NCBI GenBank assembly: GCA_977017575.1
Contig: CDRNVI010000043.1
Span: 62,001-126,000, forward strand
Source of the DNA: Paramoeba atlantica
Taxonomy: Eukaryota; Protista; Discosea
Direction: 5' to 3'
DNA length: 64,000 nt
This document shows positions 19,646 to 30,879 of this stretch, piece after piece (the first letter of the stretch is position 1; every line of letters begins with the position of its first letter). The translations under genes and the position numbers were made by a program. The notes below the pieces were generated by a model. That model made no database searches. It worked only from the letters and a program-made list of their open reading frames with translations, and had not been told where the DNA came from.

Positions 19646-22319
19646 GAAAAAAAAAAAAAAAAAAAAAAAAAGAGAGCGGATGGGGTCCTGGGGTTTGGAG
19701 GTTGTCCCTATAATTTTGGAAGGTTATGGATGTTAATCGGTTGACAAACTTTATCCTCACGCCTTGGTTTTCGAAAACAAGGTTCCCCAATGTGAGATAA
19801 AGGTGAGTAAAGTTTTCTTTACTCTGCGATTAGCGCCTTAATGTTTTTAACCGCGTCATTGTTGACACGGCCGTACACCACGCCTAGTTGCTCCACACTT
19901 CTAGGTCCCAAGTTGGTATATGGGCAGAGGTTGAAAGCGTAACCTGTGTAGCTCGTGTGAGCTTGTAAAGGGCGTGGTAATGGACTGGTCATCTATTGCT
20001 ATCGTTATCCTTTTGTGAGCTCTGCATATTTTGATATTTTCTATCTATTAATATTTGACTACGTGATTGGGCATTTTGCGTTTATTGTGACGTGTGTGTG
20101 GGCAGGTTGGCCGAGGGTTCCGGTGGGGGGGGGAACCCCGTTAACAGAGTGACATTGATTGTGTTGTTTTATGCAGGCTTGTTTCTTTTCCATCTTTGTG
20201 CGTGTGAAATGAATGAATGATATGTTGTGTCATTTTGAATTACGATTGAGCTATTCATAGTTGTTCATTTATTCATATATGTTATCAGTGTATATGTTTC
20301 CAGGGAGCCCCTCGGCGTGGATTTCTAATAGTTCACGTTTTGAAATTTAGCCGAGGGGCGGCTATATATTTGCCTGCTGGCCCTTCGGGGCACATAATTT
20401 TCTCAAATTATGATGTAGTATTCTCTAATTGCATGGAGGGGGGTGTTTACTCGTTTGTTATATTCTTGTTAGGTTGTTATTTTGTTACGTTTAAAGTTTT
20501 GTGCCCACCCACCGAGCCCCCAGCCATTTGGCCGAGGGTTCCGGTGGGGGGGGAACCCCGTTAACAGAGTGACATTGATTGTGTTGTTTTATGCAGGCTT
20601 GTTTCTTTTCCATCTTTGTGCGTGTGAAATGAATGAATGATATGTTGTGTCATTTTGAATTACGATTGAGCTATTCATAGTTGTTCATTTATTCATATAT
20701 GTTATCAGTGTATATGTTTCCAGGGAGCCCCTCGGCGTGGATTTCTGTCCTAATTCGGTCATTGCCAAGCAGCTGAAACTTTCTTTCGGTATGCCCCCTT
20801 GTACAACGTATTTTTTGTGCTTGCGCTCAAGGGCATTTTGGATTAACTGCTCGACGGAGGTTTTGGCATAGCTCGGGGCACAACTGTGAACTACGGTGAC
20901 ATCGTAGAGAATTTCTCCGAGATGGGACCACATGATACCGAGATCAGGGCCTGATCGCATACGTCTTGCTCTGCATGGGTGATGTTCAGAGAGCTCTTCG
21001 GATATGGTGGCCTTACATTTGGTGCAGAAGAATGATGAATGTACTCGAGGTTCTATAACATGGGGCACCCCTGCTTTGGCACACAATTCACCTAGGAAAC
21101 GGACTAATCGTGTGTGCTTCTTCGTTGCATTTATCCCACAGCATTGTGTACATCCAGGAATGTGCTGGAAGATGGTATCAGAAGAATATTCTGTCAGGCA
21201 TCCCGGGCATACCACACTCTTAGGCATATTTTCTGGCACTATTCCCAGGCGCATCATTATACAGAAACGGAAGAGGTACGGATTGATGTAGTTGCTGGTT
21301 GATTGCAGGTGGTGAAATGATGCGGATCCTCGCTCCATTAGTTCTTTGAGGCGCATGTCCTTTCTCAGCTCGGTTGCAAATCGTTTTTGTTCAGATCGTA
21401 TTGCTTTCATGACTAATCGCTTGGAAGTATCATTCTTCTGGCTGTCACGTTCGTTCAGAGCCCTGTTTCGCTTGGATCCCGCTATGACCACCGGAGCGTT
21501 ATTGGTTTTGGATTGCTCTTCAATGGCTTTGCGAGACGCTTGGAAAAAGTGCTTTTGCTTCAAACATGACGGAGTAAGTCCGAGTCCGCCGAGATATTGC
21601 GGAAGTGTGGCGAGTTTTGCAGTAGGGCCCGTTGCATTAAACCAATGCTGAATAATACTGCCTACTTCCGCGTCGAACTGCTGGGCGATTTCAAGGGATG
21701 CTTCGGGCTTGTGTACTCGGAGGTGATAGTCTTGACGGGGGATGGCGCACCGATTCAGAATTGCGAGGGATAGGTTGCTCGGTCCCATGAGTCGAAGACG
21801 GCGAAAGAGACACTTGTGTTTGTCCATCTTTTTCTTTAGGCATTCACTTACCATCTCGTCCTGTCCGATATATGCACCTAGAATTTTCACTGTTTCTTGC
21901 GGGCAGGCTACCCCCATCGCTTGCAGAGTTTGGGGCGTCCATGGAGTGTCTGTTTTCTTGAACCATTCGCATTTCTGGAAGTTCATTTCCAGTCCCAGAA
22001 GTCGTGAAGATTCGTGCAGGTGTAGAAAGGCGGTCTGCAAGGATAGGGGATTTGTTGATGACAAGGTTATGTCGTCCATGTACGCTCGAACCGTTACATC
22101 TGGAAAGGACTCTTCGATTTCTTTGAGCGAATCCTGTATCAGGGCACAGAAGTATAGTGACGAAAGCGCTGAGCCCTGTCCAACGCCAGAAGTGCTCTTC
22201 ACGATCGAATGGAGCGAGTTATTGGCAAAGAAGAGCAGATCAGACGAGTCCCCGTACTCAAGATTAAAAATCCGCATGAAAGGTTTGAAGATGCCGTCTT
22301 TCTTGAGTGCTTCGAAGAT

Positions 22320-24994
22320 AAAAGAAAACAAAGAAGCACGGAGAGCCCAACGCCAGACAATGCTCAACATCGATCAGTTTCACAGAAGAAGGATGAAGAA
22401 GCTACCAGTGATATAAAATCAATCAAGAAAGCGCTGCTACATGCTCGAGCCGGGAACTTAAGTAAGGCGTCAAGAATTTTAGATAACGTTTATGTTGGGA
22501 ACGCATTAAATGCGGATGAAAAAGCAGCTCTACTCGCAGCATTACATCCGCCAGGAGGAAATCCACCAGAGCTCCCAGCAGACGCCCCGTACACTGCAAA
22601 GATAACTTCCGTAGAATTTCGAGAAGCGGTGAAGCAGCTGGCTCGCGGAGCGGCGCCTGGGGCAACTGGATTTGGTGAAGATCTTCTGAGGATATTGGCT
22701 GAAGATGAAATTTGCTGCAAAGCGATGACATGCATGGCAAGAGATGTGGTCAATGGAGATGTCCCGGATTCAGTTCGAACAAGATTAACCCGTTGCAGAT
22801 TAATTGGAATAAACAAACCTGCTGGAGGATTGCGACCGATTGCCATGGGAGAAACCTTTACGAAGTTATGCGGAACTGTGCTCATGCAACGTCATCAGCA
22901 AGATCTAATCACACATTTTCTCCCCTTTCAAAGAGGAGTTCTTCACAAGAACGCATGTGAAACCATAATACATGAACTCAGTGACGAGTACAATGATGGT
23001 AATTCTGTTCTTACTATAGACTTCACGAATGCTTTCAATACTCCCTCTCGTTTAGCTCTTGCGAAAGAACTATACCAAAATCCAATCTTTCGTCCCTTTC
23101 TTCGGCTGTTCTCTCTTGAGTACGGAACTCCTTCTGAATTACTCTTCTTCGCAAACGACGCACTTCATTCGACGATCCAAAGTAGTTCAGGAGTTCGACA
23201 AGGATCTGCGCTCTCTAGCTTGTATTTTTGCGCCTTCCTGCATCCATGTTTAACGAAACTGGCAGCTCAAGCAACAAATGTGAAAGTTAAAGCGTATATT
23301 GATGATGTGACATTGTCTAGCAAAAATTCAAATGACTTAATGGAAGCCTTCTTCACTTTGCGCAAACTCGCCAAAGACATTGGACTTGAAATCAATCCAA
23401 AGAAATGTAGGTTTTTGCAAGGTAAACATACCATCGAAATGCCGCGTTCGCTACTGCATGCCGGAATTCAAGGAACCCAAGGATGTGTGAAGGTTCTAGG
23501 TGCTTTTGTAGGTGAAAAGGAAGACGTTCGCATGAACTTAATTCAAAGTCAAAATAAGCATACCTGTTTATTCCGCAGGTTAAAGAAAATGGGTCCATCG
23601 AACCTCTCCCTTGCAATACTTTCAAAAAGTACGAATACCAGACTTGGGTACCTTTTACGCGCACATCCACTGGATACAACATTCCAAATTGCCGAATCCT
23701 TCGATCAGAAGATAGATACCATCCTGGAACATTGGCTCGAAGTCCCTAAGAAAGTTCTCCAACCACTATGCTCACTGCCGTGGGATTTAGGAGGCCTGGG
23801 CCTAACTCCGTCTAAGCTCATCCAGAAGCATGCTTACGTACAATCTCGAAATATCATTGAAGAGCAACAGGTAAACCCATCAGCTCCAGTGATACAAGAG
23901 ACTGCTCCGCTTAATGACAAAGAGCTTGAAGAGTACGGGCCTGACCTTGATGCGGAAAATCTAAAAGAGAATCCTCAGAGCTTAAAGAAAACAGATGTAC
24001 GACAGATCATTCGACATGTGCAAGAAAAGCAATTCCAAGAGATTTCCCAAGATCCTTTTTATAAGGAATTACTTCAACACACCCGTCAAAAAGGGGCATT
24101 CGAACATATGTGTTGTCTAACTGGATTCGTGAATCCCTATTTATTCCGCTATGCCTTACTTCTACGACTAGGACTTCATCCAAAAGAGATTCCCTCGTCT
24201 ATCCCTTGCCCAGGTTGCCGAAATGAACAGAAAAGAAGAGACATATTTAGTCATGTAGTTGGATGCGTTCAATGTGTTGGTTCCAATGCAACTCGTAAGC
24301 ATTCATACTTGTTACGATTTCTCTCGGATCTTTGCCTTCAAGCTGGACTCCCCTGTGTTCTAGAACCGCGAATCTTCTCGTCATATCGATGCTCACATTG
24401 CGGTGCCGAAGTATCACCAGCGCATATCGACAAGCATCCGTGCAGAAAGGAAAAGCTTATAAGAAGTGGCCCAGACATTGTGATTATGTGGCCGGATCGA
24501 GGAGAAGTGTATTACGATTTAACGATTGTGCATTCGTGTAGCCCCACTTTGCGTCATGTACATAGTGGTGAGTTGTTTAAAGCGTCTATATTGCGAAAAC
24601 ATAATCGATATGTGAAAACAGGTATGTTCAAAGAAACTCAGTTTTTGTGTATACCAGCTTCGAATTTTGGTTTATTGCATGAGAATACGAAAAATTTAGT
24701 TGAAATACTTGCGGATCGGGCAAAGCTAGATAAAAAGACAACATTGAATCAATTTCAGTTGCTTATTGAAAAACTGTCTGCGCATACGATTTATACACAG
24801 CTGCGGCATCATTTACCCGCAGCGGATTGGGTTTCTCCTTTAAAGGAGTGACTTGAGAAAATTGGGTCATTTTTGGGGAGCTGATGTAAATAGATAAGAA
24901 AAGAGAGGTAACATACGAGACACTGAGAAGCATCGTTGGAGATAGTGTTGGTGCGACTTTAGAAAAGAAAGGGCTATTAGTTATTTTATTAAGC
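22320..24994 (+). mobile_element. CRE-C, 5'-truncated CRE retrotransposon (RT + RLE to stop 24851)
   Basis: 8-bp TSD tcgaagat (22312-22319, 24995-25002). Motifs TIDFTNAFN, GVRQGSALSSLYF, AYIDDV, CPGC..HVVGC, GPDIVI, YDLTIVH. Confidence 0.9.
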
Positions 24995-25161
24995 TCGAAG
25001 ATTGCTTGACGCGTGGGGGTATTGTAGGCATTCTTATAATCGATCGCCAAGATGGCGTGTCCCTTGTCATATTCATCGAGCACCTCGTGAACAATTCCCT
25101 CGCACGCATTCTTTTGGAGGATCCCTCTTTGGACAGGCTGGAAAAATTTCTTCAGTTTCTC

Positions 25162-26829
25162 GGCCAGGGGGGGCATTCGATGAAAATTCATCGAACGCAC
25201 CGTGCGTTCGATGAATATTCATTGAACGGCGTCCCGTTCGATGACCAGGCGTCCCGTTCGATGAATATTCATCGAACGGGCAGTGCGTTCGATGAATCAT
25301 TCATCCAACGGGCACTGCTGCACGAATTTTTCGTCTCGATTTTTTTTGGGGGGAATTTGAACATTACCATCTCGTTTACATGTCTGGAGGCAAGGCCCAA
25401 CTGTCAGCGAAGCCCAAGTGTGCAAGCAAGGCCCCCGTCTGCGAGCAAGGCCCAACTGTGAGCGTAGCCCGCTTCTGGAGGCAAAAGCCCTCCTTTTCGA
25501 GAAAGGCCCAACTGTGAGCGTAGCCCTGGGACATAATTATATTTTTTGGCGACCCGCGCGCTCCATGCGGAGGTGGTGGATATTAGCACGGCGGGCGGAT
25601 GAGTTGGCATCACGGCCTTCTTTTTCCATCGGGCACGAGGGAGCGGCAAAATCTCAGGAGCTACTCCTGATTCTTTTGCTTTGGAGCGTGTGAACACTCC
25701 CATGAAAGGTAAAAAAAGTAAATAATCAACAAGGTACAGAAACTGTATCTTTATCGTCAAAGATTATTGTACGTGTGCTTCTCTCTAGATTCGTGGGAAG
25801 CAATTTGCGAAGCCCAACTACCTTGATAACAAATTTTAGTACCCATTTTGGCCGCGCGGGGGCCCCCGCGTGAGCGGGGGTGCGCGCGGCCGCGAAACGG
25901 CGAGGGCCCGCGTGAGCGGGCCTGAGCCGTACCCCGCGTAGGATTCCCCTGTGCGTCTAGCCGACGCGTGTGGATTAGCGCGGGATTACGTGATCCAAGA
26001 TTTTACACTTCGATTACAAGAATTCAACGGATCGGTTGTTCTCTCGCAACTTGGCAAATTTCTAGTGCCGCAGAGCCGAGAAGATACGGCGATTTAATCA
26101 ACCATTCTTTATTAATTATGAAAACTTGAGAAAGTAATTTTGGTTCCGGCTCAACACATGAGAGAAAATCATATTATTCATTATCTGAAAAGACCGGTCA
26201 TATTATGTAACTTTATGGTAATTGATAAGAAAATGCGATTTTTTTTTTAAGTCATACACCTGCGGAAAGTAAAAAAATAAATAAATGAAGATTTGGAACG
26301 CGCGAATGAAAAAAAAAAATGAAAAAAAAAAAAAAAAATAATTACTAACACAAGTTTACACTCACCGGACGCCCAGTACTCAACGAAAATCCGGCAGTTC
26401 GTTGAGTACAACGAACGTACCCCCAACCCAATATTTTTTGGGTCGCGCACTGAGGACCTGTGTCTGCCACTTCCGCAGGTTTGTGTATTTGTAAGTTATG
26501 ATTTTATCTTTGTAAACTTATGAGGCAATAGTTTTAAGAATCCTTCCGCTTTTTGATAACGTTTCGGATTTGTTTTTGTCTTACGGATCAAGGTAGCAGC
26601 CAGGAGCATGATGCAGACCGAAACGAGCTATTTTTTTACAAAAAAAAATTGCGTTTTCATTCATCGAACAGGACATCCTGTTCGATGAATGATTCATCGA
26701 ACGGGTCGTACTGCAATCCATTCATCGAACAGGATGTCCTGTTCTTTTTGTCCTGTTTTTTTTGTTCGATGAATATTCATCGAACGGACAGTGCGTTCGA
26801 TGAATATTCATCGAGTGCCCCCCCTCCCC
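25162..26829. mobile_element. Non-autonomous Merlin/IS1595-type DNA transposon
   Basis: TIRs GGCCAGGGGGGGCATTCGATGAA / GGGGAGGGGGGGCACTCGATGAA. 8-bp TSD agtttctc (25154-25161, 26830-26837). Flanks rejoin to RNEEKLKKFFQPVQRG. The same right end lies downstream of the Merlin transposase fragment at 29186. Confidence 0.85.
25370..25765 (-). mobile_element. SL-headed 5' fragment (MGVFTRSKAKESGVAP...) inside the Merlin-type element
   Basis: Full 39-nt SL with 1 mismatch at 25727-25765. N-terminus resembles MFTRSRAKDTGVAP at ~51939. Confidence 0.65.
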
Positions 26830-28879
26830 AGTTTCTCTTCGTTCCTGTTTAGAAGGATCGAGCCACATACTTTCAATAGAGTCTCCCCAATTGCAATCGG
26901 TCGTATTCCGTTCTGCGGTTTGTTGATGGCCATTAGTCGACATCGTGTCAGTCTGTCACGCACCGACGATGCGATCTCCCCGTTCACTACATCGCGTAAC
27001 ATATGGCAGAGCGCGGTGCTGGATTCCTCGTCATCCGCAAGTAGGCGCAACATGGCTTCACTCAATCCCGTAGGGCCCGGGGAAGCTCCCGGAGCCAGTT
27101 TCTCTATCGCGGCCCGAAGTTCGTGTTTTTCGATGATTCCTGTTCGGGGGTCTGCGTCCGTCTGAGCTTGTGGGCGCTCTCCATCGGGATGTAGACTCTT
27201 GAGCTCCGCTACTTTCTCCTCAACGCTAAGGTTCGAGTCAAAATATACGTTGTCGAGGATACGCGTAGCTTTGCTTAGGTTACCAGCCCTAGCCGTTCGA
27301 AGCGCACTGCGGATTGATCGGCGGTCGACTTCACGTTCAAGTTTCTCGTCAGGTGAGGAGAACGCCGGCTCCTCGTTGCGCAATTTGTTTGGCACATGAT
27401 ACTTCCGCTGGATCGCTTGTCGCACAGTGGTGAGTGAGTCGCGGGGTGCGTTTAGAAACTTGTGCCAGACGGATGTTTTCTCTGTTATAAGCTTGAGCGT
27501 GGGATATCCTCGCAGGATTGATCTAAAGATTGCTATGACGTGAGCGGCAAACGTGGGGTCGATGTGGGCGAGTGGGGGAAGAGGCTCCAAGTCGCATCCC
27601 GTGTCACAATCTTGTGTTTCTTCGATATCCAAAAATGGCGTTTGTGTCACAATACGGTTGAGCTTTACCACCCGTAATCGGAAGATGTTAATCTTGTGAG
27701 ATGCAGGTAGATATAGAAATCCTGATGGACCTGGCTGATGCTGCGGTGTGTAGGAAATCTTTACCCTGATTGCACCTTTTCTAGAATGTCGCGTAACAAC
27801 TTCTCCAATCGACTGATAAATCTCACTGCTGTGGCGGAATTTCCAATGTAGCTCGCAAGTAGTTCCTTTTCCCCAGTCGTTGATTATCTTTAGTATTTGG
27901 TCCGGAGCTTTCATTGTTTCTTCGGCGACCTCGGCCACCCGATCGTCCTCCGAGATGTCTGATCCTGATGCAGATGAGCTCTCCGATCCTTCGTCATGTG
28001 ACATGTCCGCTTGTCCGAGGTTCGCCTTCGTTAGATCAGAGCTACGGAGTATCACTTTTACCTTTTTCGGAGTTTTCTTCAGTCGTGTCTCTTTTCTGAT
28101 CTTAATTTTCAAGGATGACTCTCCAGTTTGACTTCTTCGTAGAATTTCATTTCTCCGAACACTGGCAAAAGCGGTTTCCTCGTCTTTCGTGTTGTGGCGG
28201 CCGTGGTCTGACGTTGGGTTTTTCTCGATGCTTTGCGCTTTGTGTTCCATCTTCTTTTGCCAGTTGAGGGGAATATGCTGTGGAATGGGGGTTGTGTACA
28301 TGAGGTCGTCGTACGTGCTAGCGTCTTGGATGAGTTTCTTGTTTGCCTCAAACTGGTCCCATGATCCAATCTCGTGTCTATTCGCTTGTTCCGTAAAGTT
28401 CAAGTTGTGCTCCTTTACGCCAGTGGACCTCACTGCTGCAGTGTTCTGCTGCTGATGCGACGGCGTGCCTTGCGCCGCCCTCGGGGGAGGTTCTGACATA
28501 AAAGAAAGAAAAGCAAAGTAGTAAAAATTCAACAAGGTACAGAAATTCGAATGCATACCGATGCTCGCCGGAGGGGCACTTCATAAAAACACACGCAATC
28601 TACTATACGCGCTCGCGAACCGTTGCCAAATGCCTAGAGAAGATGTGATTCAACATTTTATTCTGCATCTCCAGGAACTAAACGGAACAACAACGCATGC
28701 TCACATGCGTCCGTTTCTTTCTTCCAATATGCAGGAAAAGGAATATGGTTTTTAATATGAGAGAGAAGAAGAGAAGTCTCATTTAACCAATGCAGACAAT
28801 CCCAATGATTTACAGCGTAGCGAAAAAAAGATAATATAGAAATGCATCAAGTAAAGATGCATATAAAAAAAACACACAT

Positions 28880-29115
28880 CTGGGCATAGACTTCGTTTCC
28901 ATTTAAGTCTTGAAGCATCAATTTGAATTCCATTTCCACTCTCCCTCGATCCAGCATTGCCGCATCCGCCAAAGAGTAAAGTACGAACCTCGTGTTTTGG
29001 TGGAGAGATCCACAAGAAAGCACGGGTAGACACTGGAAAGCATAATCAGGAATCATTCCGGTGGCGATGTACGTTTCATTCTTGCGTGCGATGACATCTT
29101 GCAGAAGTTTCGTGC
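28880..29115 (-). pseudogene. CRE RLE C-terminal fragment (duplicated at ~32192-32427)
   Basis: TYIATGMIPDYAFQCLPVLSCGSLHQNTRFVL aligns with other CRE C-termini. Confidence 0.7.
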
Positions 29116-29185
29116 AAGTCTTGTTTTTTTTCTTTTTTTCTTGTTTTGGTTTTTGTTTTGGTTTTTTTCGGTTACATAGAGAAAT

Positions 29186-29890
29186 TGTTGGGGGGCTTAC
29201 AATGGTTTAGACCAAGTTTGTCGTCACTACTCCCTGAATCATAGTAAGGAGTTTGTGAACGAGAAGGGATATCATACTAATGGTGCTGAGAGTGTCCACA
29301 ACACCATTAAATATTGTGTAAGACTCCAACACTATAATTCTGGGGCAACAACGTTGGAGTTGCAGCGAAACGTCGCGCTCCAGTGTGTAAAGTATGGGGA
29401 TACCCATAATGGCTGCGAGCAGTCTTAGCAGAGTCGCTTTGTTAATATAATGAAGTGTATTAAAGACAACTACGGTTTTCCCGTTCCCGAAGAATTTGAG
29501 GAACTCAGTTCCGACAGTTGCGCATCAGACTACGAGGGATGATGCTTTTTATAATATTTGTTCATGCGCAGTCTTTTTTTGTGTATTACTTATTTTCCTG
29601 GGACTCAGGGCTCAACCTGACTGGCTAAAAAAAAACAAGAAAAAAAAAATAACCTTTTCCAACGGTAATTCAGTCTCGCTTACAATAAAAAACCAAGCTC
29701 CGTTCGTCGAGCTTTTTTTTTACAAAAAAAATTGCGTTTTCATTCATCGAACAGGACATCCTGTTCGATGAATGATTCATCGAACGGGTCGTACTGCAAT
29801 CCATTCATCGAACAGGATGTCCTGTTCGATAAATATTCATCGAACGGACAGTGCGTTCGATGAGTATTCATCGAGTGCCCCCCCCTCCCC
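29186..29890 (+). mobile_element. Merlin/ISXO2-like transposase C-terminal fragment with right end
   Basis: Translation CWGAYNGLDQVCRHYSLNHSKEFVNEKGYHTNGAESVHNTIK matches the IS1595/Merlin pattern W.AY..L..H..VNHS..FV..HTN..E. One in-frame TAG. Right TIR ends at 29890. Confidence 0.82.
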
Positions 29891-30000
29891 GAGAAATCGG
29901 CCAGGGGGGGCATTCGATGAATATAATCGAACGCACCGTGCGTTCGATGAATGCCTCTGTGGTCGCGCACTGAGGACCTATGTCTGCCACTGAGGACTTA

Positions 30001-30876
30001 TTCTTTTTTAGGCTCTTCGTTAAACGCGGTGGTTGCTTTCAACTTAGAAGTCACTCATGCTGCGCGCTTCGCGTTGAAAACTACCGCCGCGTTTAACGAA
30101 GAGCCTAAAAAAGAAAATTTAGCCTGGAAAACGGAAAGATTATAGCCAAAAATAGCCGAATTTCGGGTACAAATGGGGTCATTTTCGCATATTTTTGCTG
30201 TCAGAGCACTAAATCCGACATTTGCGCGTGGGAAATCACTCGCAGGCATGAATGAAAGCCTACCGAACGTATTGGGTAGAGAATACGACTCCAACCATAC
30301 CATTCTTTCGACACAAAAATGCCCCTTTAGGTCCGAAAAATACTTTTTCACCTTTTTTAGTCAAAAATGGGTCATTTTGGGGGGTGCACCACAGTTCGAA
30401 GAAGTGATACCTTGCGAAAACAACTGCGTAGAAAGCTAGTGTAGGTCCCAAACTATCAAAATACAATAGGGGAAACGATTTTGGAAAAATATCTTTTTTG
30501 CCAATTTTTTCGCCAAGTTGAAATTTTTTTCAAAATTTTTTTTCCGAAAAAATCCGAACTTGGCGGACCCGTCCTGCGGATACGCGGGGGGGTCACCCCC
30601 GGGTAGGGGGGTGGAAAATGCGCGCCAAGACCCCGGCTACCCTTTCTGCGGTTTTTTTTCGAAAAAATTTGCTCGACCATGACCCCCCCCCCTGGACCCC
30701 CCCCATGGACCCCCCATTTTTCTCAATTTTTTTTTTCAGTTTTGGTCCACCGGAGCCCCCTTTTGTATTTTTTTCTTCTATTATATTACTGTGTTTCTCT
30801 TTATATTTTCACTGTTTTTGTTCACTTTTTTTTCAATAATCGAGTGTAGAGCGGTAGTTTTACAACCACCGCAATT
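30001..30876 (+). mobile_element. ~0.9-kb non-autonomous repeat, Helentron/HINE-like (copy A)
   Basis: 5' ~110-bp palindrome, subterminal inverted repeat GCGGTGGTTG / CAACCACCGC, 3' hairpin, T-rich ends. Other copies at 33314-34203, 34212-35094, 36911-37840(-) and 54080-55080. Confidence 0.65.
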
Positions 30877-30879
30877 TCA

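Larger units (their letters stand above)
13018..20746 (+). mobile_element. Tyrosine-recombinase retrotransposon YR2 with split direct repeats (A1-gag-YR-RT/RH-B1-A2-B2)
   Basis: A1 13016-13195 = A2 20325-20503. B1 ~20107-20326 = B2 ~20527-20746. Flanks rejoin to CRE-B codons ELG-Q-LHNNTK. Confidence 0.9.
12466..28543 (-). mobile_element. CRE-B, an SL-headed CRE retrotransposon split by three nested insertions
   Basis: 8-bp TSD aattcgaa at 12458-12465 and 28544-28551. SL remnant at 28530-28545. Pieces 28499-26830, 25153-25003, 22319-20747 and 13017-12839 total 3573 nt and join in frame (1190 aa + stop). Confidence 0.85.

Noticed and set aside
29735-29955. CRISPR- or REP-like palindromic array
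   Set aside because: No regular repeat-spacer period and no cas genes; these are subterminal repeats of the Merlin-type element.
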